From a virus, in IMG/VR virus record IMGVR_UViG_3300032229_000759, positions 48,255-112,254 of that record: a stretch of DNA of 64,000 bases, one strand, 5' to 3'. Under the pieces are notes generated by a model. That model was not told the DNA's origin. It was given only the letters and a program-made list of their open reading frames with translations, and made no database searches. Below, piece after piece: positions 29,806 to 38,543 of the stretch. The translations under genes were made by a program, and so were the position numbers. The stretch's first letter is position 1; each line of letters begins with the position of its first letter.

Positions 29806-32000
29806 AGCAGACAAGCCCCTCCAGCACAACTGATTTCTTCAATACCCACAGTATTATCTTCTGTTTCAGACAACTGGGTATAGTCTACTTTCTTAAACGA
29901 ATCATATAAATCACAATATATTTTCCAGTTATATGCGTCTTTCATACAATATGTTAATCGTCTTAAATCATCAGCAAAATATTTATTAGCAAATCTTTTC
30001 ATTTTTGTTAAAAACAATAGTTTGTCTTGAGAATCTGCTTCTTTGCTTTGGTTAAGACTTACATAGTCACATGCTGCCCACAGATTATTATTGAAGGCAT
30101 TTAAACCCAGCTCTATAAGTCCAGAACACCACAAAGCAGCGTCTCCATATTCTTTAACTATTTCACGACTAGTGTAAACTGTAGTGAATGGGGCTTGAGG
30201 ATAATCTTTGTCTCCACTTTGAGGTATTAAAGAAATGCCTGCAAAATACTTACGATTATCATATATAAACTGAGTTACATCATCCCACTCATCTGGCTTT
30301 ACTGTCACTGTATTGCTTACATTATGACTCAAATATTCTTGAGTACATAAAGATCTGTTCTTTCCGGACTGCACCCAATTCTTTTGGGTTTCTTTTACTA
30401 CTTTTAACATCTCGACAGCGGGAAGCTGATTCTTTAATTTAGCTCCGTCTGGCACTTCAATAGGAAACTTAACCACCTCGTCTGTATTGTTCGCGGACCA
30501 TACAGACTTTGCACACGCTTGAGGATTAACTTTCTTAAAGTGTTGATATGGTGCTTCTAAAACATTTGCCTGTACATGGCGAATATATCTTTTTGCATGA
30601 TGGGGATGTATGCCAGAACTTGTACCCAACATACTAGAAGATGTTCCTTCTGGCTTTAGGCATGTAACTCTAGCAGCCTGATTGATTTTGATCTTGGTCG
30701 CAATTTTTTTATTGGTATCTACTGCTATTTTTGCACCCTTGGTCAAAACCTTTTCAGATAATACTAATTCATGCTTTTCCATAGTACCGGTCAATGACAC
30801 ACCAAGCAAAGCTTCTCTATTAAAAATTCTTTCGCTAATTTCTCCTAAATAGTCTAGCTTAGTAAAACCTGCTTGTAGTGTACCTATAATAGCTGCGGCT
30901 TTACAAGACTCAAAAAAATCATCTTCATCTACTACAGAAGAACAATTAATAGTAGATAAATTACATCCTTGCCATCCGCTTTTACCTGTCACTTCATCTA
31001 CTGGCCACATACCTATTTCTACACAAGGATTAAAAATCATAGCATCAGATTCGCTCCAAATAAATCCGGGTTCTCCGAATTCTTTCACTGATTGCATAAG
31101 CTTGGAAAAATCTTCAAACTTCGTAGACTCTTTAATTAATAGTGCAGAATTATTGCTTCTGGCTCTTTGTGGATTGTCCATGTACCAGTTGCCGGTCTTT
31201 GCTTTAGCCATTTCTTCATCATCATGACTAAATAGTGCTAATGATGCACTTCTACGAACACCGCCTGATAGTACAGCATCACTACTGTGCATAACAATAT
31301 CGTATGCATCAATCGGCTTTAATTTTTTTTGCCCATTATTAATACATCTATCCAATAATGCTCGAATTTTTTCTAAACCATTTGCTAAAGGCTCATGTCC
31401 TGGTGCTTTACCTACGCCCGAAGCTAACGAAGAACCTTTTGGCCTAATATTAGAATAATCAAAAATAATATTGGTATTTTTATATTGCTTGAATTCATCC
31501 ACGGGCTTACTAAAATATGAGCTTAATAAAACACCCAGAGCATCAGACCAACCTTCGATACTATCTTCTATAGTATATGTAATAGTATTTTTTATAGTAT
31601 TTTTTGGATTATGTTCTAATTCTGGTAATTTAGCGACGTGATGCTTTTGTACGCTAAAACCAGTGCCGCTACCACACAACAGCAACCAGAAACATTCTTG
31701 AAAAAATCTGAGACGATCACAATAACTAGCAGTACAATTATAAATTTTAGCGTTACGTTTTAGAATGGGATCTCCACCAAACTGTAAGGCTCTTTGACTA
31801 CCTAATACTTTTCTTTTATACATCATATCATAAGCCCAGTCGATATCTTCGGCTATGCCAAACTCATCGTACTTGAGATGCATCATATTCCTAACTCTGT
31901 CTACCGCTTCTTTCCACGTTTCTCTGCGATTTTTGTCTTCTAACCAACGAGCATATTTGCTAACGAATGTATAATTTTGTAGCTCTTGAATAGCAGACAT
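29802..32000 (-). CDS. nrdJ: Class II (adenosylcobalamin-dependent) ribonucleotide reductase, monomeric RTPR type
   Basis: RRETW, YNC, GGVRRSA, NPCVEI, CNL, KPEGT and C-terminal CAGGAC; no NrdB gene nearby. Confidence 0.9.
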   Translation of the reverse strand: MSAIQELQNYTFVSKYARWLEDKNRRETWKEAVDRVRNMMHLKYDEFGIAEDIDWAYDMMYKRKVLGSQRALQFGGDPILKRNAKIYNCTASYCDRLRFFQECFWLLLCGSGTGFSVQKHHVAKLPELEHNPKNTIKNTITYTIEDSIEGWSDALGVLLSSYFSKPVDEFKQYKNTNIIFDYSNIRPKGSSLASGVGKAPGHEPLANGLEKIRALLDRCINNGQKKLKPIDAYDIVMHSSDAVLSGGVRRSASLALFSHDDEEMAKAKTGNWYMDNPQRARSNNSALLIKESTKFEDFSKLMQSVKEFGEPGFIWSESDAMIFNPCVEIGMWPVDEVTGKSGWQGCNLSTINCSSVVDEDDFFESCKAAAIIGTLQAGFTKLDYLGEISERIFNREALLGVSLTGTMEKHELVLSEKVLTKGAKIAVDTNKKIATKIKINQAARVTCLKPEGTSSSMLGTSSGIHPHHAKRYIRHVQANVLEAPYQHFKKVNPQACAKSVWSANNTDEVVKFPIEVPDGAKLKNQLPAVEMLKVVKETQKNWVQSGKNRSLCTQEYLSHNVSNTVTVKPDEWDDVTQFIYDNRKYFAGISLIPQSGDKDYPQAPFTTVYTSREIVKEYGDAALWCSGLIELGLNAFNNNLWAACDYVSLNQSKEADSQDKLLFLTKMKRFANKYFADDLRRLTYCMKDAYNWKIYCDLYDSFKKVDYTQLSETEDNTVGIEEISCAGGACLL

Positions 32001-32070
32001 AAAATCTCCTTTAATGATATTTATTGTTTATTAGAATTTAAATTTTTAGGATAGTAAACCTATACACCAG

Positions 32071-32901
32071 TCAAATAGTATGCTTCTGCTCATTCAAGAA
32101 ATGCATATGACATAAATTTCCAAGCTCAGAATAAGCGATGTTTTTGTGACTACCATCATGAATCTGGTTAATGTATATCCAATTAATAATTTTTTTTGTG
32201 CTATCTTCTGATAGCAAATATTCCATACTCAAATTATTTTTATCTACGGTAGCTTTAATCATATGCTCACAATCACAACCCTGGATTGCATGCCATGGCT
32301 GAATACCCGGGTTTTGTTGACATATTTGATCGTATTTATTTTTTAAATCATAAATTTCATCACGACTAGGAATAAAATTGATTGCTTTTTTGATAATATA
32401 AAAATTAGTCTGTGGATAACAATATTTTGTATCTAATATGGCTTGACATAATTCGTTTTGGTTATAATCAGAAAAAGCTCCGTAGCCGATATTATTGATA
32501 TAATAAAAGTCTTTGTTGGCAGACACCTGTTTATTAAAAATAGATGCTTCTACTAAAACATCATTAGATAATTTCCATACATAGTCATAATCCAAAGACT
32601 TAACATAATCAAAAATTATCGAGTCAGATAAAAATGTACCAAAAGTATGTCCTAAATTTTCCGTGACCACAATATGTATTTTACTATTGGGTATAAGTGG
32701 AGACAGCGTTGCTTCTACCTTATTGATCAGGTCTTGCTGTCCATTTAATGAGAAGACTAAATCCCTAAATCTGCTTAAAAATGATCTATTAATAGATACA
32801 TATGTAGACAAAATATCGAGATCACCAGTACTCTTGAGCGTTCCTACGGAACCATATATAGACCTATCAACAATTTCACCTAGGGTTATTGAACTTTCCA
32901 A
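32071..32901 (-). CDS. Hypothetical protein, GT-A-like
   Basis: DYDYVWKLSNDV motif; probable TTG start at 32901 after AAGGGG. Confidence 0.4.
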   Translation of the reverse strand: MESSITLGEIVDRSIYGSVGTLKSTGDLDILSTYVSINRSFLSRFRDLVFSLNGQQDLINKVEATLSPLIPNSKIHIVVTENLGHTFGTFLSDSIIFDYVKSLDYDYVWKLSNDVLVEASIFNKQVSANKDFYYINNIGYGAFSDYNQNELCQAILDTKYCYPQTNFYIIKKAINFIPSRDEIYDLKNKYDQICQQNPGIQPWHAIQGCDCEHMIKATVDKNNLSMEYLLSEDSTKKIINWIYINQIHDGSHKNIAYSELGNLCHMHFLNEQKHTI

Positions 32902-33890
32902 AATGAATAAATCCCCTTGTCTAACTCGTAAGAATCCCATATAAACTGCTGTCTGGATGGTTGTGCTTGAGCCCACGACCACATATCAGACAAGCCATCC
33001 TGCAAAGATGTTATATGTCTAAATCCAAGAATGTCAACAGATTTTTGATACGTGGGAAAAGCATATTTAACCTCGTGTCTACCTTCTAGATAAACTTTAC
33101 TGCCTCCGCCCATCACTTGAATTAAAACATCTGCTGCGTTATCAATAGTGCATTCGTGTATGCCTCCCAGATTAATAATTTGTTTGGAAGCCGAGGGTAA
33201 AACAGCAGAAAGGAATAATGGCTCTAGGCTATCATCAATATAGCTGAAAGCCCTTTGCTGTTGTCCGTCTCCAAAAATAGTAATAGGTTTATTATTCAAG
33301 TGTTGGTTCATCCATATGCCTAGAACATTACGATACTTATCCCAAATATTCTGTTTTTTTCCATAGACATTATGAGGTCTAATAATGCACCAATCCAAGT
33401 TGTGTTGTTGACCAGCTGATTGTATATCCATCTCACAAGCAAACTTGGCTATTCCATACGGATCAATGGGCTGAGGAATCATCGCTTCATCAAATGGTGT
33501 TGGATTATTTCCATAAACAGCCATACTAGAAGTGAACACCAATCTTTTTACGTTATGCTTAATGCAATTATTGATTACGTTCGCTGTGCAAATTAAATTA
33601 TTTTTGTAGTTAAATTTTCTAATAAATGGACTCAAGCCTTCCGCCGCATATGCCGCTAAATGAAACACATAATCCGGCTGTGTTTGTTCAAAAATTTCAT
33701 CCACTTTACGATCTAGCAAATTAATTGGATAAAAGTTTACTTGAGGATGTATATTTTCAATATATCCTCCGCTCAGATCATCTATGCCATAAACATTATA
33801 TTCATTAAAATATTTAGTTATAATATAGTCAGCTAAATTAGAACCCAATAATCCTGCGGCCCCGGTAATTAAAATATTTTTTTTATTCAT
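32886..33890 (-). CDS. NAD-dependent nucleotide-sugar epimerase/dehydratase (GalE-like)
   Basis: ITGAAGLLGS, FHLAA, TSSMAVYG, YGIAK, RPHNVYG. Confidence 0.92.
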   Translation of the reverse strand: MNKKNILITGAAGLLGSNLADYIITKYFNEYNVYGIDDLSGGYIENIHPQVNFYPINLLDRKVDEIFEQTQPDYVFHLAAYAAEGLSPFIRKFNYKNNLICTANVINNCIKHNVKRLVFTSSMAVYGNNPTPFDEAMIPQPIDPYGIAKFACEMDIQSAGQQHNLDWCIIRPHNVYGKKQNIWDKYRNVLGIWMNQHLNNKPITIFGDGQQQRAFSYIDDSLEPLFLSAVLPSASKQIINLGGIHECTIDNAADVLIQVMGGGSKVYLEGRHEVKYAFPTYQKSVDILGFRHITSLQDGLSDMWSWAQAQPSRQQFIWDSYELDKGIYSFWKVQ

Positions 33891-34698
33891 AAAAATTAAT
33901 ACCTCTAATTATTTCTTTTGCATTTGGCTTGTGAGAATTTGAGGGCCTGTGTATATATGGAGCAAATCCCCATTTTTGAGCAAATATTGTGGATGCTATC
34001 TGCTCGCTGCCGATAAAGGTGCTAGCATCATTTGTATCTGTAGATTTTTTAGTTGCTATACTACCAAAATGATAAAAATTTAAATTTCTAGTACGCATAA
34101 ATGTTATGTTTAATAGTTCTAGTTTGAGGAAAAAATCCCAGTCACAAACAAACGGAGACGGATAAATTAAATCAAAACCACCTACGGCCATAAATAATTT
34201 TTTACTAATGCAGAATGGAAATATCTCTCCGTCGTTCGTTAGTTCTTCTGAGGTTCTAAAAGAGGGTTCTATTTCTAAAAATTCTCTGTATCTGAAATCA
34301 TCTACTGATCCAAAGTCGTGCGTGATAAAATTAAAAATACTATGTTGTTTTTCTATTTGATTTGGGGATATCACCACATTCTGAGTCATCTTATCACATA
34401 AAATGCGATCCCATTCTTTTGGAAAAACATTATCGTCATTTAGAATTAATAACCAAGAATGATGAGCATAATATGCTCCTATATTAATAGAGAACGGCAT
34501 GCCTTTATTTTGTGGATTAATAACAAAATGAACATACGGATTTTCTTGATACGATAGTATGATAGATTCATATAATTCTGGAAATCCATCAATTACACAG
34601 ATGAGTTCGCTTTCGGTTGTTCTGGTTTCTAAAAAAGACTGAATACAAAAGCTTAAGCACTTGGGGTTTTTAAACGATGGAACAATCGCTGAAATCAT
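33883..34698 (-). CDS. Glycosyltransferase family 2
   Basis: SAIVPSF, VIDG, LNDD, VGGFD, DWDF. Confidence 0.85.
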   Translation of the reverse strand: MISAIVPSFKNPKCLSFCIQSFLETRTTESELICVIDGFPELYESIILSYQENPYVHFVINPQNKGMPFSINIGAYYAHHSWLLILNDDNVFPKEWDRILCDKMTQNVVISPNQIEKQHSIFNFITHDFGSVDDFRYREFLEIEPSFRTSEELTNDGEIFPFCISKKLFMAVGGFDLIYPSPFVCDWDFFLKLELLNITFMRTRNLNFYHFGSIATKKSTDTNDASTFIGSEQIASTIFAQKWGFAPYIHRPSNSHKPNAKEIIRGINFYE

Positions 34699-35513
34699 TA
34701 TTTTAATCCTAGCTTTGGGCAAGAAATGGTGGACGGCTTGTCTATTACCCTATTATAAACAAGATTGTACCAAAAGTCATATTTATATGGATTATCTGTC
34801 ATCGCATCGAATACAGAATAACATTCTTCATCTGTTGCTACGGTATTAGGCCACATCTCTAAACCCAGAGCATGATCGACACCCCTATTGTATTTTGTTT
34901 CCGGGCTTAGTAGTTCGGAGTTAAACCAAAAAAATGTACCAGCATAATGAAATTTAACACCAAACATATTACCATATATAGTTTTTAAGCATCCAATAAA
35001 TTTATATTTATGAGTTAAAATTATTGGCTTGATATTATTAAAAAATAAATCTAGATTATATTTATATAATGTATTTACCCATGCTGTTATCGCATAGTCT
35101 TTTTCTGAATGAGTACATCCTTTGCTATGACCATAAAAAGTATAGCTAGATTTGATATTATTAGCTTGTAGTAATTGAAATAATAGTGGTGATGCTTTAT
35201 CAAAAAAGTGAAGGGTTTCACGACTATCGACGTTATTGATAACTGGTATAAATTGCACACCATGTGACTCAAATGTTTTGATAATTAAATTAAAAATTTT
35301 ATTATTGTCAAATTTATTGTCTGGACTAGAAAGAGTAAATATTTTATAGCCATTAAAAATTTCAATATGTTCTTTTATTTTGGATATGGCATAGCAAATC
35401 TTCTCATGCTCTATACAATGAAAATGAAAAATTAGATTAAATTTGATTTCATTATCTTCTACTGGTGTTTTTTTATTTATAACATTTTTATTGCCAAATA
35501 GCCAATTAAGCAT
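34698..35513 (-). CDS. Hypothetical glycosyltransferase-associated protein
   Basis: FYGHSKG and HYAGTFFW motifs seen in viral glycan clusters. Confidence 0.45.
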   Translation of the reverse strand: MLNWLFGNKNVINKKTPVEDNEIKFNLIFHFHCIEHEKICYAISKIKEHIEIFNGYKIFTLSSPDNKFDNNKIFNLIIKTFESHGVQFIPVINNVDSRETLHFFDKASPLLFQLLQANNIKSSYTFYGHSKGCTHSEKDYAITAWVNTLYKYNLDLFFNNIKPIILTHKYKFIGCLKTIYGNMFGVKFHYAGTFFWFNSELLSPETKYNRGVDHALGLEMWPNTVATDEECYSVFDAMTDNPYKYDFWYNLVYNRVIDKPSTISCPKLGLK

Positions 35514-36204
35514 AAGAGCCCCAATCGGCTAGTGGAGACAACCACTCTGTTTCACCATGAGTGCTATAGCCCGGAATAGAAGAAATTAAAAAAGCTTGAT
35601 TTTGCATAAGTTCTATAAACATTTGAAAGTCGTTAGGGTGTGTAGAGGATGTCCATTTCCTTAATATTTGCTCGTATTTTTTTATGTTTTCTCCTGTACT
35701 AGCAAATGTCATGGTTGTGGAATTAGTAATTTTCCAATGACATGACGATGTTAAATACACCCTAGTATTTTCAGCACCCCCTTTACAGAATTGATTTCCT
35801 CCTAATTCTGGGTCAAGATATTTATCTGGATGATCATATAGAGTAATAAAAGGAAAATTAAGGCCAAAGCCTTCTAATAAAATTTTATCAGCCAGAGGCT
35901 TATGTAGATAATCGTTCTCTACAAAATATATTTGGGCTTCTGAAGGCAGCTTGAGAGCCATATCTAGGGCGATATTAAAAGTACCGGCTCCGTGCCCAAC
36001 AGAAACTAAATGAATATTTTTATAATCAACTTTGCTACTTAAAAACTCTAGTGTTTGTCCACTAACGTTATCGGCAATAATATATAAATTAGCCAGATAG
36101 TTATGAAAAATATTACAAAAATTATGAAAACAGGAATAGTTATTTATGTAATTTGGTTTATTTTTTTTGTAACCATTATTAGATATTCTGTATATAATGT
36201 GCAT
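35506..36204 (-). CDS. GT-A fold glycosyltransferase
   Basis: YFVENDYLH, LYDHPDKY, STTMTF, PGYSTH. Confidence 0.65.
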   Translation of the reverse strand: MHIIYRISNNGYKKNKPNYINNYSCFHNFCNIFHNYLANLYIIADNVSGQTLEFLSSKVDYKNIHLVSVGHGAGTFNIALDMALKLPSEAQIYFVENDYLHKPLADKILLEGFGLNFPFITLYDHPDKYLDPELGGNQFCKGGAENTRVYLTSSCHWKITNSTTMTFASTGENIKKYEQILRKWTSSTHPNDFQMFIELMQNQAFLISSIPGYSTHGETEWLSPLADWGSYA

Positions 36205-36208
36205 AATT

Positions 36209-36796
36209 TTATCTTAAGTCTATAATAATACAGATATCGTCTGATCTATTGATGGATAAGCTGGCGTTATAAATAGATGCTTTACTTCTTAAATGTGTAG
36301 GTATTGAGGAAAAAACATCTACAGCTACTTCATGAGAAATAATGTCTTCTATAATATAGACGCCTTTAGGAGATAAAAATTGAGTACACGTGTTAACCAA
36401 GTGTTTTTGGAGAGAAGACTCATGAGAAGCATCGTCTATTATTAGATCAAATGAATATTGCTTGTTGCGTAACCAGTCTAAAAAAATATCTAAAGAGACA
36501 TCTCCCTCATAAAAATCATCAAATAAATCACACCAAATTAGTTTAGATGGTATATGATGAGAAATAATGCCTTTGGTTAGATCTGCTCCTACTAAAAATT
36601 TACCAATCTTATTGTCTCTTAAAAATTTAGCAAAGCCACAAGAAGCTGTTCCTATTTCTAGTATGGTTTCTGGTTTTGTTATAAAAACAGAATTATATAA
36701 ATTTTTATAGTTATGTCCCGCCTTAGCATCTAATAAAATACTACCTCTAAACTTATCTGTATCTTCTAATGATGATAAATAGTCAAACTCAAACAT
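36209..36796 (-). CDS. Class I SAM-dependent methyltransferase
   Basis: ILEIGT, FDLIIDDASH, LSPKGVYIIED. Confidence 0.85.
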   Translation of the reverse strand: MFEFDYLSSLEDTDKFRGSILLDAKAGHNYKNLYNSVFITKPETILEIGTASCGFAKFLRDNKIGKFLVGADLTKGIISHHIPSKLIWCDLFDDFYEGDVSLDIFLDWLRNKQYSFDLIIDDASHESSLQKHLVNTCTQFLSPKGVYIIEDIISHEVAVDVFSSIPTHLRSKASIYNASLSINRSDDICIIIDLR

Positions 36797-36804
36797 ATTA
36801 AACC

Positions 36805-37410
36805 CTATAATAGTTTACTTACAGTAATGTCAAAATTGTTATGTTTAATCACTTGATAATTATTTTCTTTTAAATAGTCTATGGTTTTTTGTAGTTTAGA
36901 ACCAGACTTAAATGGACCATCACTATGCACCGCTTCGAAAGTAATATTATTAATATTATGCTTATTAAAATCGATACTTAATATAATGTCACAGTCATGG
37001 CCTTCCGTGTCGATATATAAATGCTCTATTATACCATCTAGTCCATTATGAGCTATAAAATCTGTGAAGCTATAACACAGAACTCTTACTACAGCTATGT
37101 TACCAGAGTGCCCGTGCGTCACCAAATGATCATGGTTGAATGAGCAGTGTTCATCAAGATTATTTATATTGTTTCTTAGTTCTTTTTGATAATATAATTC
37201 TAAGTTTCCGGTATAGTTTGATATAGCACAATTATAAAATTTTATATCGTTTAGTAATGTAAACGGCTCATAATTTTCTTTAAGTCTTTTAAAATTAGAT
37301 TCTAGAGGTTCTATCAAATGTATTTGAGTATTATCAATACGAAGACCAACAGCACTCATTAATTCATCTTTACCTCCACAGGCACCAATTTGTATAATGT
37401 GTTTTTTCAT
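36805..37410 (-). CDS. FkbM-family methyltransferase
   Basis: IQIGACGG, IEPL, NCAIS, IDTEGHD. Confidence 0.85.
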   Translation of the reverse strand: MKKHIIQIGACGGKDELMSAVGLRIDNTQIHLIEPLESNFKRLKENYEPFTLLNDIKFYNCAISNYTGNLELYYQKELRNNINNLDEHCSFNHDHLVTHGHSGNIAVVRVLCYSFTDFIAHNGLDGIIEHLYIDTEGHDCDIILSIDFNKHNINNITFEAVHSDGPFKSGSKLQKTIDYLKENNYQVIKHNNFDITVSKLL

Positions 37411-38042
37411 GTTAAAGTCTCATAAAAGGTATTCTGTTCTCTTTGTTTAAGAATATTTTTTTTATGTATGATAGCAAGATCGGGGGAGGCTTTAATTACT
37501 GCGTTCTGTGTATGTCCTGTGATGTGCTCATGAACTCTACCCTCCCATTTAATGGAGGGTGAATTTCGATAGATTCTAGGTTGATAGTCTGGCCAATTAA
37601 CCCAGCCAAACTCGTTGGTTTTCCATGACCATTTTTTTACATCTTCTGGCGTTAATCCTTCAACAATATTAATTCTTGGCAAATGATATAGATCTATATC
37701 CTGTGCTTCTTTAAGTATTTCTCTGTATGTCAAAAGCGTTTTTGGTTCTATAAGCTCATCAGCATCCAAATTAAAAATATATTTTTGTGATGCTAAAGAA
37801 TTCATATAGTTTTTCATTTCAGCAAAATTATTTTCAAAATGAAACTCTGCATACTTATCAACAGACATAGATTTTATTATATCTTGAATTTCAGTATATA
37901 AACTAGACATCTTTTCGAGATCTCTTTGATATGTTTGCAAAACTATGATTTCTTCATTGTCTGTTTTGTGAGTCTTTAATAGACTAAGGAGCTGGGTAAT
38001 TTCATTTTTTTCTTGGTATGTAGAAATACAATAAGATATCAT
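37407..38042 (-). CDS. Glycosyltransferase family 2
   Basis: NFAEMKN, LDADE, WPDYQPR, VHE. Confidence 0.85.
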   Translation of the reverse strand: MISYCISTYQEKNEITQLLSLLKTHKTDNEEIIVLQTYQRDLEKMSSLYTEIQDIIKSMSVDKYAEFHFENNFAEMKNYMNSLASQKYIFNLDADELIEPKTLLTYREILKEAQDIDLYHLPRINIVEGLTPEDVKKWSWKTNEFGWVNWPDYQPRIYRNSPSIKWEGRVHEHITGHTQNAVIKASPDLAIIHKKNILKQREQNTFYETLT

Positions 38043-38500
38043 ATAGATATTCCTTGCAGCCAAGATAGATCAGGATTGATATATTCAATACTCATGCCAC
38101 TCATTTTGATAAATAAATCAAATCTGTTTTGTTGTTCTTGGTCAAATAGGTGTGTGCCGTGTCCTTGTTTCATAAAAACTTTAGTAACTCCTTCTTGCCA
38201 CAAAGCCATGATACAATCGTTGCATGACTGGCCAGTAACATAAGCTATTCCATTTTCTGGCCTAATAGTACAATTAGATAGGGCGTTTCTTTCAGCATGA
38301 ATCATCCAAGGATACTTATCTGGTCTGGTTTTAGGTAGCTGTGAATCGTCTAGACCCTTGGGAAAACCATTGTACCCAACGCCTAAAATGCGATTGTTAG
38401 AGTCTGTAATAATACATCCGTGTTTGGTTTGTAGGTCATGACTACGCATCGACACCGCGTGTGCCAAACCAATAAAATATTCTTGCCAGCTAGGTCTCAT
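38039..38500 (-). CDS. dCMP deaminase
   Basis: RPSWQEYF, GYNGFP, HAERNA, SCNDC; probable start 38500. Confidence 0.92.
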   Translation of the reverse strand: MRPSWQEYFIGLAHAVSMRSHDLQTKHGCIITDSNNRILGVGYNGFPKGLDDSQLPKTRPDKYPWMIHAERNALSNCTIRPENGIAYVTGQSCNDCIMALWQEGVTKVFMKQGHGTHLFDQEQQNRFDLFIKMSGMSIEYINPDLSWLQGISI

Positions 38501-38505
38501 ATCAT

Positions 38506-38533
38506 GTAATAGAAAAAAGACAGATCGAGTCAA
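38506..38533 (-). promoter_or_regulatory. sigma70-type promoter, near-leaderless, for the dCMP deaminase/glycan operon
   Basis: TTGACT-N16-TATTAC, 5 nt before the ATG. Confidence 0.5.
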
Positions 38534-38543
38534 GGATCTAGAG

